DNA of 64,000 bases from the human T2T-CHM13v2.0 reference genome, Homo sapiens: NCBI RefSeq assembly GCF_009914755.1, contig NC_060930.1. One strand, given 5' to 3'. This document shows positions 28,000 through 44,395 of the stretch, piece by piece. Under the pieces are notes generated by a model. That model did no database searches. It was not told the DNA's origin and was given only the letters and a program-made list of their open reading frames with translations. A program made the position numbers and the translations under genes. Position 1 is the stretch's first letter; each line of letters opens with the position of its first letter.

Positions 28000-28440
28000 C
28001 AATCAGACTCTCCTGGCTCTTCTGCCTCTTAGTCTCATTTCCTTCCCTTTCACCTCCACATACCCTCCAGGCCCCCTGGACTGGCTGGCTTTCCCTGATC
28101 ACACCATGTGCTTCACACCTGCCTAATACTGCTCATGCTAGCTCCTTTGCCTAGAAGGCCAGCCCTTCCTCCTTCTGATGAAAGCACACTCCTCCTCCAA
28201 GACCCAGTGTAGCCTCACCTCCTCTGGATAGCAGTCCTTGACTATTGTGGCTAGCCAACCTGAGGCCAGTAGAGTATGTCACCCCAGTCCTGTGTCCCCC
28301 GGTTCTGGAATTCTATTTTTCCAATAATAATTTTCTCATGTCAGACTCCTTAAAATTAAGTCAATTTCTCGTTGCTATTCTGTTTCCCAGGACCTACTCC
28401 AGAGGCTAGAAGATGAGAGATCTCAAAAATATGTGTAAGA
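28000..28440 (+). mobile_element. L2 fragment
   Basis: gctcatgctagctcctttgcctagaag...ctcctcctccaagacccag...cacctcctctgg. Confidence 0.7.
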
Positions 28441-28467
28441 AATAATTTAAAAATGCATCTATCTTAC

Positions 28468-28838
28468 TGTCATAATCAGCTCAGGTTCTTATAACAAAAC
28501 ACCACAGACCTAGTTAAACGTCTTAAATTATAGATATTTATTTCTGGAGACTGGAAAGTTCAAGATCAAGATGCTGGCAGATTTGGGTTTTAGTGAGGGC
28601 TCTCTTCCTGGCTTGCAGACAGCTTCCTTCTTGCTATATCCTGACATGGTGGAGAAAGAAGTTCTAGTGTCCCTTCCTCTTCATATAAAGGCACTAATCC
28701 CATCATGGGGGCTCCACACTCATGAATACATCTTAATCTAATTTTCCCCACAAAGGCTTCACCTCCTAATACCATCACTTTTTGGGTTAGGACTTCAATA
28801 TATAAATTCTGGGGAGACACAGTATTCAGCTCATAACA
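28468..28838 (-). mobile_element. MLT1A solo LTR
   Basis: TG...CA termini with perfect 5-bp TSD cttac; aagttcaagatcaagatgctggcag, gcactaatcccatcatgggggctccac. Confidence 0.93.
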
Positions 28839-29243
28839 CTTACCTTCTTCAGTCACTATCCAGAAAAGTATTGCAGCACATTGTTGTCATATGTATCAAA
28901 GTCTTATTGCTGTTACTAAATTTTACCACTCTTTAATCATTAGAAATACTATCAATGTATACTCAAAAGTAGTCAAAACAACGATCTGATAACACTGAAA
29001 GTGAAAACATAAAACAAGCACAATTGTACACACAAAAAAATTGTAACAGAAATGAGTAGATAACCTGGCCTGTAAGGAGTAATATTTTCATCCTCTAAAT
29101 TTGCATATGATAAAATTAGGAGTTGCCTGCATTTGGAAGCAAATTGTTACGGAACATCAAGAAAATTGGTAAGAATACTTACATTTTTATATATACATAT
29201 ATAAATATGAATAGAAGATAGATGGATCTATAGAGAGACAGAT

Positions 29244-29598
29244 TGATATTGCTTGGCTGTGTCGCCACGCAAATCTCATCTTGAATTGTAACTCTCACAA
29301 TTCCCATGTGTCATGGGAGGTGATTGAATTATGGGGGCGGGTCTTTCCTACATTGTTCTTGTGATAGTAAATGAGTCTCATGAGATCTGATGGCTTTAAA
29401 AATGGGAGTTTCCCTGCACAAGCTCTCTTTTTGCCTGCTGCCATCCAAGTAAGATATGACTTGTTCCTCCTTGCCTTCTGCCATGATTATGAGGTCTCCC
29501 CAGGCATGTGGAACTGTAAGTCCATTAAACCTCTTTCTTTTGTAAGTCGCCCAGTCCTGGGTATGTCTTTATCAGCAGTGCAAAAATGGACTAATACA
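29244..29598 (+). mobile_element. THE1A/B solo LTR
   Basis: tgatattgcttggctgtgtc...aaatctcatcttgaattgta...gagtttccctgcacaagctctc...aaatggactaataca. Confidence 0.95.
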
Positions 29599-29601
29599 TA
29601 T

Positions 29602-29638
29602 ATGTATGTGTGTGTGTGTGTGTGTTTGTGTGTGTGTA
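29602..29638. repeat. (TG)n microsatellite
   Basis: Direct reading. Confidence 0.9.
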
Positions 29639-30142
29639 CGGCTTAGCTATATAGCAAACTGGGAAGGAAACGTGAGCTTTCACCTAATCAAAGATTGTTT
29701 GATCCCTCTTTTTCACAAAGAGATTTTTCAATTAGTGCCCACACAAAGGAACAACTTGTGACTGAACAGTCTAATTTCTAGGGATAAGACTAGGAGGCAA
29801 TATTTACACATTAACCAGTTAGAGGCATGAGGGGAAGGATGCTAGAATTCAGTAAAATTAATTCATTTCTAGTTAATGCCTGAATGTAATGGCGTTTAAA
29901 ACTTGTTTGTTTAGAATGAGCCTTAGTCCATGCATTAGGAATCATGTCCATTTGCTTCCTAAATTGATTTTTGAAAGTGAACCACTTAGTGTTAGCTGTG
30001 CAGGCCTCTTGTTTTCTCAGATGTTTGTCTGAGCTCACACTACCCCACACTAGAATGTTTTTCATTCCTAACTCTCCTAACCCTCACATAACTTATCATG
30101 CCTGAGGATGTCCTTATTTCCTCAAGACAAAATTTTCTCTAC

Positions 30143-30470
30143 TGGAATAGTTAATTTTATGTACCAATTTGGCGAGGCCACAGTACCCAGATATTTGGTC
30201 AAACACCAGTCTAGATATCTCTGTGAAGGTAATTTTTAGATGAGATTAATATTTAAATCAGTAGACTTTTAAGAATGCAGACAGCTCTCCACAATGTAGG
30301 TGGGCAATTCATTCAATCAGTCAATCAGTTAAAGGTCCTAAGAGGCAAGACTGACCTCCCCTGAGGAAGAGGGAAATCTCACTCTTTCTCTTTCTTTCTC
30401 TTTCTCTACACACACACACTCTCTCTCTTTCTCTCTCTATTCTGTTTCTCTGGAGAACCTGACTAATCCA
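30143..30470 (+). mobile_element. MLT2 (ERVL) LTR inserted in an L2 fragment
   Basis: gttaattttatgtaccaatt...cccagatatttggtcaaacacc...tctgtttctctggagaacctgactaat. Confidence 0.88.
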
Positions 30471-31799
30471 TCTGCCTTAAAAATCCTATTTACATTTTGA
30501 AAATTGTTATTACACGAGTCTTAATGTCTGGCTTTATAGTTATGTATGTGCCCACTGATGCTTGAGCTCACAAAAGGCAGCACCTATGTCTTAGTCTTCT
30601 TTGCCTGTCCTGCAGCACTAGGATATCATCTTGCATGCAATATGTACTCAAAAATGCAAATTAATATAAATTTGATAGACGGAAAGAAGTAAGTCACAGG
30701 TTTGGTCACAGCCTGGTACTTCTGCTTTCCTGAACCCTAAGAAGAACAAACACCATAAAATGATTTCAGCATTCAGACTGATGTTATGAAAATCTCGAAT
30801 ATCTGTGGTCTTCAAATACTTCTCTTTAAAATAAAGCCATTGGAATAGATTAGTAATTCTCAAACTGTGCTACAGGGGTTACCTAGTGGTTCCTCAAAGG
30901 AGAAAGCCTGATGGGGGCCCGAATGGTCTACATGTTGTGAATCTAATTCCTATACCTATCCCCTCCTCTGAGCAGATCCATTTTGATTAATTTCACATAT
31001 ACATCCACACAATACTACATTTCAGTTCCTAAAAAGTAAAAAAAAACCTTTAGAAACCATGGGGCTAGCTGATCTCTCTGAGTTTCCTTCCAGTTCTAAG
31101 TCTCTTAAGATTGTTTTGCATCTAGTTTGCAGGTTTATTTTAGCTTTTCTTCTGAAAGATTATTTCTGCTTGAATTATTATTTTAATCCAGGATTGCTCA
31201 TACAGGAGTCATGCCAGGGTCTTATCTTGTAGAGTGAGTGGTAAGAAAGAGGGAGAGTCCTGGAATTTGGCCAGTTAGGAGCAGCCCCATGCAGGCAGCT
31301 GGATATTCTATGGCCCAGGACCCTGGGGGACTGATTGAGACCAGCGTGGCCATACAAGGAGCTCTGCCCGTGGGGACTGGGAAGAGGGTGGTTCCCCCTC
31401 ACTAGGTAATAGAGTCTCAATTTGGGATAAAAAGTTTATCCTCAGCAAGATCTCACAGTATGGATGGAGCTAAGATCTGAGGCTATCAAAAATGTTGTGA
31501 GGCGCTCAGACTTATCCATGTCAACTAGGGGCCTAAGAAAGGACTCCAGTATAAGCAAAGGACCAAGAACCAGAAGAAGAATACATGACGAAGTCCAGAT
31601 GGGGCCAGAACCAAGGCAAAGGCAAGTAGACACGAGGCTCCCTGGAAATCACCCAATCTCTCCAGATTGCTGGACAAGACCATTTTCAGATCCCACTAGC
31701 TAGCAAAATAATACTTTGGTTGAACTTCCTTCTTCAATAAGATTGGTTCATCCTTAGTGTGAACCAATAGGAAGAGGTGTCAGAGATTTTTGCTGAGAG

Positions 31800-32975
31800 A
31801 GGAGATCACAGAGAATATTTTAAAATGAGTGCTGGACAATAGTGTCCAGAACATGAGAGACATTATCTCATCATATTCTGAACTAGTCAGACCACATCTA
31901 AGTATTAATTCAAAAAACCTGGAATTGGCCTGAGCTGTTTTGCTGAAGTAAGAGATGTATCTACACAGCACTGACTCACGGTCCAGGCACCAAATGTGCT
32001 GAAGCACATTTTATGTACAAAGTGTTGCTTTGTAACCATGAATTCAAGGCAAGTTTCAGGGTGGTTTTAACAGCTTGTCAGCATTGTTTCTTGACAAGAG
32101 TAAGATTGATGATTCGCACCCAGTCTTGGTGAGATTCCTACAGGACTCTGCCACTGGATCTGGTTACAAGGCAAGAAACATGGCTACCTGAACAGGAAGT
32201 TATAAGGAGCCTGAGCCAAGAATCCATTTTGGGATCCCTGTTCCAAGATGTTCTTTGTACACTTTGGTATTTTCTTATCCAAGAGGAAAGCATGTCCAGG
32301 ATATGCTAGACATGAAGGGATCATAATTAGAGCTTGGTCCAGACTTTCATCTCTTGCTGTGAGCCAACCTTTGGCTGTGATGTACATCTTTATTTTAATG
32401 TTGTTGCTATATTGTACCTTTTTGCTTACAATAAATCATAAATCCGTAAGCATTGTCTTTTTAGGTTCCCTGAATCTCCCTTAGCAACTGAACTCTGTGG
32501 CTGTCACCATTATCACACCTGGAAACCAAATTTTCATAGGAATTATGTACAAAGATGGAGACCAAACTGAAGACTAATCTGAAACCATGTCACATAATGA
32601 AGAAATGAAAGAAGTAGAGAGGCTTCATTTGGGGAAAAGATCTAAAGAACTGTAATATGTAATAGTGTTTTTTCCACGTCTCTTTCAATTCAAAGATTGC
32701 ATTATTAATTTTTCACATATCACCAGAAGACAAAACATGGCAGTAGAATGATAGTACTTGGAGGCACTTAAATAAGAGAACAAAATATCTAACAATGTTG
32801 GCTGTTTTAACTGAAATGGGTTTCTCTGTATGGTTGCAAGTTCCTTATTTCTAGAAGGTTTGAGAGACTGGATGTCAATATTTACCATATGTGTTGATGG
32901 TACTATTGTTTTCATTTTGAGATTAAACACAATCTTTTCTACATCCTCTCTCAATTCTAATATTTTACAATTCTA
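31800..32975 (+). mobile_element. L3/CR1 3' region interrupted by an LTR-like insertion
   Basis: tattctgaactagtcagaccacatcta resembles CR1 YSALVRPHL; resumes at gaaaccatgtcacat... and ends in tcaattctaatattttacaattcta. Confidence 0.7.
31915..32510 (+). mobile_element. Old ERVL-type LTR, family not resolved
   Basis: About 600 bp splitting the L3; TATA-like gttataagg near 32200, AATAAA at 32430 followed by a U5-like gttccctgaatctcccttagcaac. Confidence 0.5.
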
Positions 32976-35140
32976 AGATTTTTGGGAGTACAGATTTTTG
33001 AGAGAGTACTGTACAGATTTTGAGAGTACAGTTCTAATCTGTATTACAATGACATCAAAATTCATTAACTTTATTCCTTACTTATATCAAGTCTTCTATA
33101 TTCCCCATATGTCTGAATTTATTATGCCCTGTATGTACCCCAACTCCTCTGCCTCTCTGCAAAAATGAACATCCAAGATCCAACTCAAAGTCTTAAAAAA
33201 AATCAAAGCCTTATGTTTTCACAGATTTCCTTGTGATTAATACAAGAAGAAACAAAGGGAAACTGTAAAAGAGAATTATCACTACCTCTAGGATGGCTGT
33301 TGAGAGCTGGAATAGTGTATCCAGGAAACAAATACAATAGAAGAGTGTTAGGCACCAGAAAAACTCACTGCCCATCAAAGCACCTAGGGCCACGGGGTAC
33401 CAGCTTGGTTCCTTGAGGAGCAACACACCAGTGTAGCCCAAATAGGTTAAAGCACAGCCAGCCGGACAAGAGACTCAAAAACAGACAAGTGTGCTGCAGA
33501 GAATGACGCTTCTTGAAGCAGAGAGGTGCTCTCATTGCACGCCAAGTGCAATGGTCTGAGCTGCTGTTGATGGGGCATCAAGGGGGCAAGAGATTGGTTC
33601 CGGATCATCCTGCAGCTCAAGATGTGCAGACTTGTGGGGTTGTGGGTAGAAAAGCAAACATCCATTGGCTTCTGAGTCATTATGAATTGAGAACATTTTG
33701 AAAGTCAATTCCAAAAGATGGAGCAAGAGATGATGATAGGACCTAACATAAGGCCTGGTCACAGGAATATTCAACACAGAGGAGTGGATATGGGGAGGTA
33801 CAAGACTCTTGGAGAAAGGAAAACAGCCCTTTACAGTAGAGTGGGCCATGGGTGGGAGCCACTAGGATGCCAAGTTAGCTCCAGCAGCAAACACCCACAT
33901 TCTTATTCCCATGGTAATACAGGAAAGAGCACTGGACTTTTCAACTCAAAATAACTCCTCAATAAAATGCAGTCAGTCCAATAAGTTTCCTTCAGAAAGA
34001 TAGCCTCTTGTCCAAGTAAGTATTTGCAAAGCCTCTCTCCTCAAATCTTCAATACAGGGAATTAGCCATTGCAGAAAGCCTGGGAAGAATTGGGCAGCCC
34101 CCCCTTTCCTCAAGCACCACCGTCAATCATGACCTAACACTTCATAAATAACCCAAAGAGGAAAACTTTCCTCAGTCGCATTTAAGCCAGCGAGGTGTAT
34201 ATAGCTTTAACAGATCCAGGACACTTATCTCAAGCTGGGAGTGTAATTTCATGGTAATAATTTGCTTAAAGTGTTGCTGATTGCTTCCTATTTCTCCCCG
34301 TTAATGACTTTTGCACCTTTCCACCATTCCTTTTATATGTGCTGCTATGGCCATTACCTTACAGGAGGCTGTTTGGACAACACAGGGCCTTTCCATAGGC
34401 TGCTAAGACCTGTACTGGACACTCCCAAGACCTGAAAAGTCTCTTTCGTATAGGTTCCATTTTTTTTTTTTAAGTTTTTTTTTTTTTTTGACTTCTGTCA
34501 ATACATTGCTGTTTCACAATCACTGCTACTCTTGCAGTGCATATATTCAGGAAGCAATTGAACAAAGGTAATTTGCTGTTCATAAATTTCCCAGTGACTG
34601 AAACCAGCCTGCAAAAGGTGGTGTGGAGAGCATCAATTTGGATGTATAAAAGAATATATCTCGTTATGGCTAGAAGTCCAATGTGGAATATCTTGGAAAG
34701 TGAGTTAGCGGTCTGAGGGTCATTTGAGAGCCTCTTAATCTCTACATTTTTAAAGCAACTCATGCTTGCAGATTTTGGAAAAATATTTTCTTCCCCTATT
34801 GGCAATGATTCCAACTTTGAATGATGAAGTAGCTTTTCCCAGATTTTATGAAGAAAAAAAATAAATAGTATGTTCCTCATGCAACCAGGAAACATAATGC
34901 TTGGAAATGCCAGGGAGTAAGGGCGCATTACAGCAAATGAACAGTCCTGTGGGTCAGCTCCGCGTCTCAGCCTGACTTCTCCCCTTCTAGTTTCAACCTA
35001 TCTCTTCTTGCCATATATTCACCTTCTTCCAGCCCTTGCCATCCATCTTTTTTCTTTAGATTTCCCTAATATGTATACAGTGTTCTCTCCTATTCTTATT
35101 TGTGATATCTGCCCTTCTCACCTCACTTTCATTCCACCAG

Positions 35141-35248
35141 AGGCAGGGCAGTCCTGGGATCAGAGAGGTGGACAGATGGCAAACAGCGGGTGCTCCTCAG
35201 GTTCAGGCATTTGATTTCACTGCCCAAATTCCTCATTTCAGCCTGAAG
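35141..35248 (+). other. Candidate internal exon (108 nt, phase 0 open)
   Basis: Acceptor cccttctcacctcactttcattccaccag|A and donor AAG|GTGAGC; RQGSPGIREVDRWQTAGAPQVQAFDFTAQIPHFSLK. Confidence 0.4.
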
Positions 35249-36004
35249 GTGAGCATGAATGAGGAACTGAATAGAGATCCAAGATACTGCACGTGCGTCA
35301 GCACCACCATGACAGCCCAGGCTCTGAATCACAAGGCGCTTTAATCCCTCAGTGACAAACCCACCTAAGGAAAGGGATACCTGAAACCGGACCAGGAAAT
35401 ATTTGTGCAGGAGGCAGGGAACTCGATCTGCACAGCTTTTCTCAGTCATTCAAATTCCAATTGAAAACAAGGACAAGTCCTAACTCCAAAAACAGAGTGT
35501 TCTCAACACCCACGTCCATCATCCCGAAATGTAACACAGAAAGAGTTTACCAGGGATGTTGTCCCAAGACTCCTTGCATAATTTGTGGTCCACTTGCAGC
35601 AAAGGCTTCTCCTCAGGGCCCCCCAATGTTTTCCTCTGCAAAGAAAGAAGGTGACTTCACAGATTCAGACCTTGGAGGAGTGTACTGTCACAGTTCATGT
35701 CACACTCACAAAAGAATCAACCTCATAATGTGTAGGTTTCATTCATTCATTCTTCCAGAAAATTTATATAAGCTGCCTACTATGTGCTACACATTGATCT
35801 AGTGCTCAATGATCTCTGCCCTCATTGTATTGTAGAAGTAGGTGGGAGAGTCAATAAACACATTAAGTAAATTACCTTGTAAATTAGAAGGCAATAAGAA
35901 TTTAAAAATTGAATAGGGTAAGTGAGTGGGACAGCAAGGGACAGTAGGAATAGGGTAGTCCCAGTGGACCTTATTAAAGAGGAGATATTTCAGCCAAGTC
36001 TTTT

Positions 36005-37487
<1,483 letters not shown>

Positions 37488-37794
37488 ATTAAAGAAGGTG
37501 AGGGAGATATCCAAGCAGACATCAAGGAGAGGGCACTGAGAAAGAGTTGGAACAAATAACAAGAGCATTCCTTATGTGACCCAGGAGCAACAAGGAAGCC
37601 ACTGGGGCAGGATCTGCATAAGAGATCAGAGTAGGAGGCAATGAGGTCAGAAGGTAACGGGGGCTCTACAAGTCCTTGTATGGATTTGAGCTTATATTCA
37701 GAGAAAAGTGGAGAGCCATTTGAAAGTTTTGAACAGAGGAGTAGAATGGCCTTATTTCCCTTTTAAAAAGATCACTTTGACTGAGAATACACTC

Positions 37795-37822
37795 TGTGTG
37801 TGTGTGCATGTGTGTGTGTGTG
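37795..37822. repeat. Imperfect (TG)n
   Basis: Direct reading. Confidence 0.85.
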
Positions 37823-39019
37823 ACTTAATCTATGTGACAGATGTTGGCAGCTCCACCAGAGTGGTAGCAGTGGAGGTGATGCAAAGGAATCAGATTCTGG
37901 TTAAATTTTGAAAGCAGAGCTGACAGGATTTTCTGATGAATTGCTTGTGAGATGAGAGAGAAAGAAGAGTCAAGGATGACGTCAAGTTTTTTTGGCCTAA
38001 GCGATTGTAAAAATGGAGTTGCCATCACCTGCAATGGGGAAGTTTAGAAGTTTAATTTAAAATGATTGAGTTTAATAGATTTTAGTCATTTAACAGTGAT
38101 TACAAAATATTGCAATGACATTATGTACTCTCCTATTATTTCACAGATTGTAAACATTGTGATTTACATTTTGTGCAGGCCTAGAAAAGCTAAATATTCA
38201 ATTAGGAAGATTAAAGCTGCCTCTGAAAAGCAGCCTAGGACCTGCAGACAGTCATTCTGGCTATGTACTAATCTTGTCCGTATGTTAAGAAAGTACACAC
38301 TCTGTCAGAGGAAACCACTGGATGTTAGACAAACTCCTTACTTAAGGAAGTTGAGCAGCTTGTTCTGATGAATGTGATTTCTTCATTCCCTCTGTCCCCT
38401 GCCAGTCTCACACAGGATTTCCAATGCACAGAGCATATCAGAGATAATGACAACATGACATGGTTCACAGTTGCGGCTCTTTGAGAAAGCCTACAAAGCT
38501 GCCAAATTCAGAGCACAGATCAGAGAAACAGGGGCTTTTCCCCCAAAACTGATAATTTTCCATACCAAAGTGGTCCGTTCTTAATGCTTTAAGTCGGAGC
38601 CAAAGGCTTCCTAGTTGGATGAAACACAGAGTGTATTCTAATAAAACATACAGGAATTGTCTGGAATCTCAAGCAAGAAACCCTGTGGGGTGAGTAGTTT
38701 TTGTGGGGCTGTAAGCAGAATGGAGCAAGGAAAATATCTAGATGTTTTGATTCTTCAGCACACTGGTCTAATCTTAACTAAGTCTGGAAATTAGGTCTGG
38801 ACTGGCACTGCCCAGGAAAGGAACTTTATTAAAAATTCCAGTAGTCTCCACTCTGTGTTGTTCCCAGGACAAAAGATCCATAAGGCTAATGTTTTTATGA
38901 TTCTTCTCTTTGGAATAGTGGCTTCCATAAAATAAGTAATTGATTCTTGTTAAATAAAGAAGAAACAAATGAATGTTTTGACTCTAGAAATTAAACAGAA
39001 TTTCAGAGCTGAATGAGAT

Positions 39020-39478
39020 AGAACAAGTGGGTAAGTGGCTTTAAGAAGATATGTGATAACTATGTGGCTCAAAGAACAAAGAAGTTTATTTCTTTCCTAT
39101 GCAACAACTCCAAGGTCAACATTTCAGGCCATGGGTAGCTGTGATCCAGGAGGTCATTTGGGAAGCCAGGCTGATAGCAGTTCTACCATCTTCCAGATGA
39201 GATCTCCAAGGTCACTCTAGTCTTCACAGTTCCTGGAGAAAGAGGGAAAAAGTAGGAGTTCAAGGCCAAGGCATTGCTCTTAAGCAAGGGAGGCAGCAGT
39301 GGTACACTTCACTTCTGCTCAAATTCCAATGGCAAGAGCCAAGTCACATGACACCCCCTTGTTGAAGAAGATCTGTGTGTGCAGTCCTCACTGGATAGTC
39401 CCATGTCCATTGTAGGTCTATTACTATGCAAGAAGATGAGAACATATTTCAGAAGGAAAATGATCTGTTTCTATCCCA
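39020..39478 (-). mobile_element. MLT1J-like LTR
   Basis: gaagtttatttct...ccaggctgatagcag...cacttctgctcaaattccaatggcaagagc...agtcacatg. Confidence 0.8.
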
Positions 39479-39779
39479 ATAGCATTCTTTACTGTGCTAA
39501 AGAAATAAGCATGGCGCTCCAAGGAAGGAAAAACATTTAACTGAAGAAACTTCCGTTCTATAAAATTGGCCTGGGGACACCACTACCAACCCAACACTAA
39601 CCTAGGCAGAGTAATACAAAAGGCAACCATTATCTGAAATTCTCTAAGGAGAGATTTCAGATTATCAGGGAGTTTAGGAACTTGACCTTAGCTGAAATTC
39701 TCCACATAGGATCACAATTTTGTTTGGACACTTGTTTAACTAAAATAAGTTAGTTAAATATATCTGAAGAAACTAAAAC

Positions 39780-39810
39780 GCACACATACACACACACAAA
39801 CACACACACA
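39780..39810. repeat. Imperfect (CA)n
   Basis: Direct reading. Confidence 0.85.
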
Positions 39811-39994
39811 TCATACTAACAATAACAAATATAACTACTAACATCTTTCTGAAAAACCTGCTTTATTTATATTAAACACACCACAGGACACTTGACCATG
39901 TATTCCGAACTAGAGAACCTCTACTTTGACCAACAGTCTGAGAATAACCTACGTTAGTAAAAAACTTGGCTCCTTTACCAGAGAAAATGTTAGC

Positions 39995-40218
39995 TTATAA
40001 TAATAGCTAATATTTGAGTGTCTACTACATGCTAGATATCTATCATTACATCCTAACCTTCAGAACTGTCCTGTAAAATCTTTAGGAAGATGTGGAAACT
40101 GAAGCCTAGGTAAGTTAAGTAACTTCCCTAGGATTTTATAAATAATAAGTGATTGAGCCAGAATTGGAACACACTTCCTGACTGCAAAACCTATGTGCTT
40201 TCCTCTATGCTACACCAA
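39995..40218 (-). mobile_element. MIR
   Basis: aatagctaatatttgagtgtctacta...gatgtggaaactgaagcc...gttaagtaacttccc. Confidence 0.85.
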
Positions 40219-40249
40219 CTCCAATTATGCCAGGAGTAATTCATGTTTC

Positions 40250-40560
40250 AGTCATGTAAGAAGACCAAACTGTAAATGATAAATTGGGATTATCTTGTGG
40301 AAGACAGATTAAATTACTCTGTGTTGTCCTAGAAGAGCCAGAAAAAGTGGAAGGAAAGCCTGGGAAAATAGATTTATGTTGAAAAGGAGTAAGAGCTTTC
40401 CAGCAGCCCTAGCTGTGTAATAGATCAGCTCTACACATGGTAGTGAGTTCCCCAGTGCTGAGGGTATTCATGCAGAGGCTTGGCAAGCATTCATATGAGT
40501 TTCCTGCAATGGAGAATAAATCCAATGACGTCTAAGCTTCCTTCCAATTTTGTGGTTCCT
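40250..40560 (+). mobile_element. L3/CR1 3' end
   Basis: gtagtgagttccccagtgctgagggtattcatgcagaggct...tctaagcttccttccaatt. Confidence 0.7.
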
Positions 40561-40724
40561 CTGCCCTAACTCATATAAGATGTCATTTTACTTTCTTTGA
40601 AAACTTTTTATTTAGGATAATCAAATTTTTTTTTGTTTTGGAGATTTCGATACATTTTTTGTTCTGTTGATCTACTTTCGGAACTCATTTTAAATCCTGT
40701 CAATGATTGTAGAATATACTAGGA

Positions 40725-40960
40725 AGCAGTAGAGCATATAGGTTAAGAGTTCATTTTCAGAATCAGATAACTGGCCCCATGACTCGATGACTCCAGAACT
40801 CACAAGCTGTGTCATATAAACTCTGCAGGCTTCAGTCCTGAACTGCAAATGGGAGTAGTTAAGTCTATTTTATAGTGTTAATGTATTACATAACATAGTA
40901 TTTATAAATTCCCTAGCATAGCACATGGAACATAGCAAGGGTCCAATGAATAATGGTTAT
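40725..40960 (+). mobile_element. MIR
   Basis: gcagtagagcatataggttaagag...cctagcatagcacatggaacatagcaag. Confidence 0.7.
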
Positions 40961-41719
40961 TTTCATAAATAATATAGAATTGAGAGAGCAAATGAGCAAC
41001 ATAGAAAAATCTTAAAACACCACTAGTCCGAGGATTCTTGCTCTTCTCTTGGTAGACAATTATCTGTAAATATAAACCAACTACACACACACCATTTATC
41101 ACCACCACCACCAAAGGGGCTTGATTAGTTGGTTGGTAGAACCAAAAGTTCACTTGGGTGATTTCATTGCCCTTTTCTCTTAGGAGAACTGGAGTGGGCA
41201 GTGAGGATGGAGGGGAAGGAGCATTGCCCCCATGTAAGAAAATCCTTCTCAGTAATGGTTTCTCACAGGAAAAGATGTGCTAAATCACCTTGCCTAGAGT
41301 GAATAGAAACTAGAGCTAACTCCGAAGGTATACTGGGAATAAACTACAACTTTTGGAGCAATCCACAACCTGCTCTAGCTTTTGAGAGAGAAGTTGATCT
41401 ATAAGTCAAGCACAGATTCAGAAATGCTGAAGAAAACTAATGGAACATTGCAGTTTCATTGAAGATTTAAGTATATGCTTTTGTGTGTAAGCATGTTTAA
41501 AAATTTTCCATATACTATGGTTTTCGCTTTGCTTTGTTTGCTTAAGGTATAGAATTTGATATGTGTTACAAGTTGCATAATTTATATGTTACATGTTAAA
41601 TGTATTTGTTCTGGTGATATACATGCATTTGTTCTTTGGCAATATCAAAGAACAATGCTTTTCCTAGGAGGCATGCCTGACATGTGATATATCTCTAACA
41701 ATTGGTATAAAATAATATT

Positions 41720-41960
41720 TTGCACTCATCCAGGGTTTGTTATGTGCTAGGTAGAAGCTGTTTTAGCACTCTATATACCATGATTTATTTAATCCTCAAA
41801 TCATTTGTGAGAAAGATGCTCTTATTATCACCGTTTTATAGATGAAGAAGTATACATGGGGAGGTTAAGAAACTTGCCCTGAGTCACACAGCTAGTGTCA
41901 GACACAGAATCAGAACCCAGACAATCTGGCTCCACAGCCTACATCTTGACCATTATCCCT
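41720..41960 (-). mobile_element. MIR
   Basis: ttatttaatcctca...gttttatagatgaagaa...gaggttaagaaacttgccctgagtcacacagctagt. Confidence 0.9.
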
Positions 41961-42589
41961 AGTTATCTGAGTTTGACCAAGTCCCAGGAGAATTGGTGGA
42001 CCCAGCTTGAGAGGCTCAGCTGGACCGAGATGCTGGAAGACCAGAGCTCCAGGTAATATCAACGTGGGTTAAAATGCCAAACATATTTTGGCTTAGAAAA
42101 TTGAGGTTCCTGGCAGGAAACACTGAAACACTGGCTTCTCATTCAACTTCACTAACCATTCCAAACTGTGAAAAATATCTAATTAGACATAAAATCTCAT
42201 TTCCCATGTACTTTTATAAATTCATATTCAATTACACCTGGATTAATGTGATTTTGAGGACAGGTGTGGAGACTTAAATGGAAAACATGAAGCCTAATTT
42301 TTTATCCAGAAACACTGGCTTCTCATCCAACCAGCTCCAGCTGGTTGATATTTGCAGTAGGTTTGCAGTAGGTGACTTATGGTACACACTGATCATGTCT
42401 CAGAGCACCTCATGGATGACTCCTGATAAACTGGCACTAGGGTTTATATATTTGGTCTCCCTAACAGCAAGTCACAGTTGCTTATCTTTCAGTTACATTC
42501 CTAATATGTTCATAAATTCCAGCCTTTGTTATCCATGACTGTACTGCGCTCTAACCAGGCTCACTTCTCTCCTTACTAACAATGCATTC

Positions 42590-42740
42590 CAGCAATGGGT
42601 CCAAATCCTGTTTCCACAACTTATCACCTGTATGACTTTGAACAAGTGCTCTTACCTCCTAGAGGCTTAGTAGTCACATCTATAGCCTAAAAGTAATGCT
42701 TACTGATGGAAATATGATGGTTTAAGGTAACAAATGTAAA
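42590..42740 (+). mobile_element. MIR
   Basis: gggtccaaatcctg...ctgtatgactttgaacaagt...ttacctcc. Confidence 0.65.
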
Positions 42741-42892
42741 CCATACCGCCGGTTCCCTTTCCCTCTAATGTGCAACATTTCAACTCTATTAATTTCTATT
42801 TCTGAACTGGATTCACTTCTTGCCATATCAACATGTTGGAAACACATTGAAAACAGGTATTTAACATTACTTTCAATGCTTTTTCTTAAGGT

Positions 42893-42930
42893 TGAGTATT
42901 CATATTTTTTTCTGAGTATTCATATTTTTT
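42893..42930. repeat. Tandem duplication, period 20
   Basis: tgagtattcatatttttt twice. Confidence 0.85.
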
Positions 42931-42996
42931 GAGGTTCATCGCTTTTTAGCAAAGACACTTCCATGAGGGCACTAGAATCTCTCTTGTATAAACTGA

Positions 42997-44395
<1,399 letters not shown>

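Noticed and set aside
29490-29510. PRDM9 hotspot 13-mer position in THE1
   Set aside because: Reads tctccccaggcat and does not match CCNCCNTNNCCNC; the THE1 at 21 kb has an extra CAG at the same site and does not match either
34470-34928. 152-aa minus-strand ORF
   Set aside because: No recognisable homology or splice context, ends in an A-tract; consistent with chance
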